A DNA stretch of 64,000 nucleotides from an uncultured Acidobacteriota bacterium (GTDB lineage: Bacteria; Acidobacteriota; Vicinamibacteria; Vicinamibacterales; CAVVIG01): the NCBI GenBank assembly GCA_963807925.1, contig CAWEDP010000003.1:192049-256048 (forward strand), written 5' to 3'. Under the pieces are notes generated by a model, which worked only from the letters and a program-made list of their open reading frames with translations, was not told the DNA's origin and did not search any database. Of the stretch, positions 62,793 through 64,000 are shown in pieces (position 1 is the first letter of the stretch; each line of letters begins with the position of its first letter). The translations under genes were made by a program, and so were the position numbers.

Positions 62793-63994
62793 GAACCTTG
62801 ATCGTCAGGCCCGGCGGGCAGCGCCTTGTAGACCGCCGGTCGGTACAGCCGCAGCTCCTCCAGCTCCTGCGCGGCGTCGAACTGCCGCCAGAAGTCGAAG
62901 GCGACCTTCGGGGCCGGCGCCCGCGGCGCAGCGAGAATCTCGTCCACGAACCCGATCAGCGTGCCCTCGAAGTCCTGCGCCTGGAGACGCCGGACCGCCT
63001 CGCGCTGCCGCTCGACGATGGCGTCCTGCAGCCGGCAATCCGACACGATGGCGTCGATGAGCGCAGCCACGTGGCGTGGATCCTTGTCGGCGTACAGGAC
63101 GCCGGCGCCGTCCATCGTGTCGGGGACCGCGGTCGCGGCGTACGCGAGCACGGGCACCTGCTTGTAGAACGCCTCCACAATCGGGACGCAAAAGCCCTCG
63201 TGCTCGCTGGCGCAGAGAAACAGGTCGGCCACGTCGTAGTAGGCGACGAGCTCCTCGTCGGTGACGTGGCCGACGAAATGGACGTCAGACGTGCCGAGCG
63301 CGGCGGCGAGCTGGTGCAGAGACGCCAGGTACCGCTCGTAGCCGCTGTAGGCACCGACGATCAGCAGTCGCGCGCGCGGGTTGAAGAGCGTCCGGTACGC
63401 GTGAAAGAACCGGATCAGGTCCTCGATCCGCTTGTTGGCGATCACGCGTCCGACGAAGACGATGTTGGTCCACTCGTCGTCGAACTGCTGCGCCATCATG
63501 GGGTTCGGGTGGACCTCCAGGTGCGAGAAGCCGGGGACCACCGGCAGGACGTCGGTCCGCGGGAACCCGAGGGCCTCGAGATCCCGACGATTGAACGCCG
63601 AATCGCCGAGCGCGAGATCGCAGCGCTCGACGTAGGCGCCGAGCTCGCGGCGCCCGCGGAAACACTGGCGGGCCAGCATCCGGTGGACGCCGATGAAGTA
63701 CTCCGGCGGCGTAATGTTGTGATACACGAGCGCCATCCGATCCGGCAGCGCGAAGGCCGTTCGGGACGCCTTCGATCCAAGGGAAAAGTGATGGATCAGC
63801 AGGTTGTCCGGATGGCTGACATCCACCAGCTCCCGGTAGTCGCGCGTCAGCGACTCCAGCCGATGGTCGGCCGTCTCGACGAAGATCTCCGAGTGGTAGC
63901 CGTGCCGTCGAAGCACGCGCTGGATCCCGAGCACCTCGTGCCCGATCGCGTCGCCGTATCCGAGCGTCGCGAGGACCTGATGAACGCGAATCAT
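62789..63994 (-). CDS. Glycosyltransferase family 4 (paralog B of 61719..62792)
   Basis: ..IVFVGRVIANKRIEDLIRF..FVGHVTDEELVAYYDVADLFLCASEHEGFCVPIVEAFYKQVPVLAYAATAVPDTMDG... It is collinear with paralog A along most of its length. ATG at 63994. Confidence 0.85.
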   Translation of the reverse strand: MIRVHQVLATLGYGDAIGHEVLGIQRVLRRHGYHSEIFVETADHRLESLTRDYRELVDVSHPDNLLIHHFSLGSKASRTAFALPDRMALVYHNITPPEYFIGVHRMLARQCFRGRRELGAYVERCDLALGDSAFNRRDLEALGFPRTDVLPVVPGFSHLEVHPNPMMAQQFDDEWTNIVFVGRVIANKRIEDLIRFFHAYRTLFNPRARLLIVGAYSGYERYLASLHQLAAALGTSDVHFVGHVTDEELVAYYDVADLFLCASEHEGFCVPIVEAFYKQVPVLAYAATAVPDTMDGAGVLYADKDPRHVAALIDAIVSDCRLQDAIVERQREAVRRLQAQDFEGTLIGFVDEILAAPRAPAPKVAFDFWRQFDAAQELEELRLYRPAVYKALPAGPDDQGS

Positions 63995-64000
63995 CGCGCA

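Overview
This is a 64-kb, very GC-rich (G/C-dominated third codon positions) bacterial chromosomal segment. It is most likely Acidobacteriota-like: it carries three paralogs of the 'VWFA-related acidobacterial' VWA family, a CarboxypepD_reg/beta-barrel outer-membrane protein and a type III glutamine synthetase. I support 48 tightly packed protein-coding genes on both strands. I saw no rRNA, tRNA, CRISPR array, transposase, integrase or phage gene, so this looks like core chromosome with two glycan-biosynthesis (accessory-like) islands. Gene content in order:
- VWA proteins, an NYN/OST-HTH protein, parC-like topoisomerase IV A and glnN (GS III).
- A CoA-type Nudix hydrolase, a DUF349/HEAT protein, a tandem FKBP isomerase and a UPF0182 membrane protein.
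- ispG, recQ and apaG, then a domain-permuted aconitase-family dehydratase with a small 2Fe-2S ferredoxin-like protein.
- A ~12.5-kb glycan locus (23.1-35.7 kb) with GT4, GT1 and GT2 enzymes, two methyltransferases, a Wzy-like polymerase, a Wzx flippase, a PA14/GT-C membrane transferase and a secreted Cys-rich protein.
- An alpha/beta hydrolase, a BON protein, an Er-VIT1 (MbfA-like) iron exporter, a ZIP transporter, another VWA protein, a methyltransferase, inositol-3-phosphate synthase and an orphan ABC ATPase.
- An mcm-dppD-dppF-aldolase string and a small, strongly signalled orphan ORF.
- gpmA-eno, glgC and a cyclase.
- A secreted protein, an OMP, a PDZ-sensor histidine kinase and an NtrC-type regulator, followed by three overlapping glycosyltransferase genes.

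The most notable observation concerns six conserved ORFs or ORF segments, each broken by what looks like a single extra nucleotide. All six shifts are +1. Four of them sit in the same coding-strand heptamer, C(A/C)G-G-TAC, immediately before a Tyr codon, and one of these is in housekeeping gpmA. This is either a motif-specific sequencing or assembly artefact or a recurrent +1 recoding signal, and the sequence alone cannot decide.

The second candidate 'system' is the secreted protein / OMP / periplasmic-PDZ histidine kinase / bEBP module, whose regulator has a degenerate GAFTGA loop.

All functional calls rest on motif and family recognition by eye. No database search was run.
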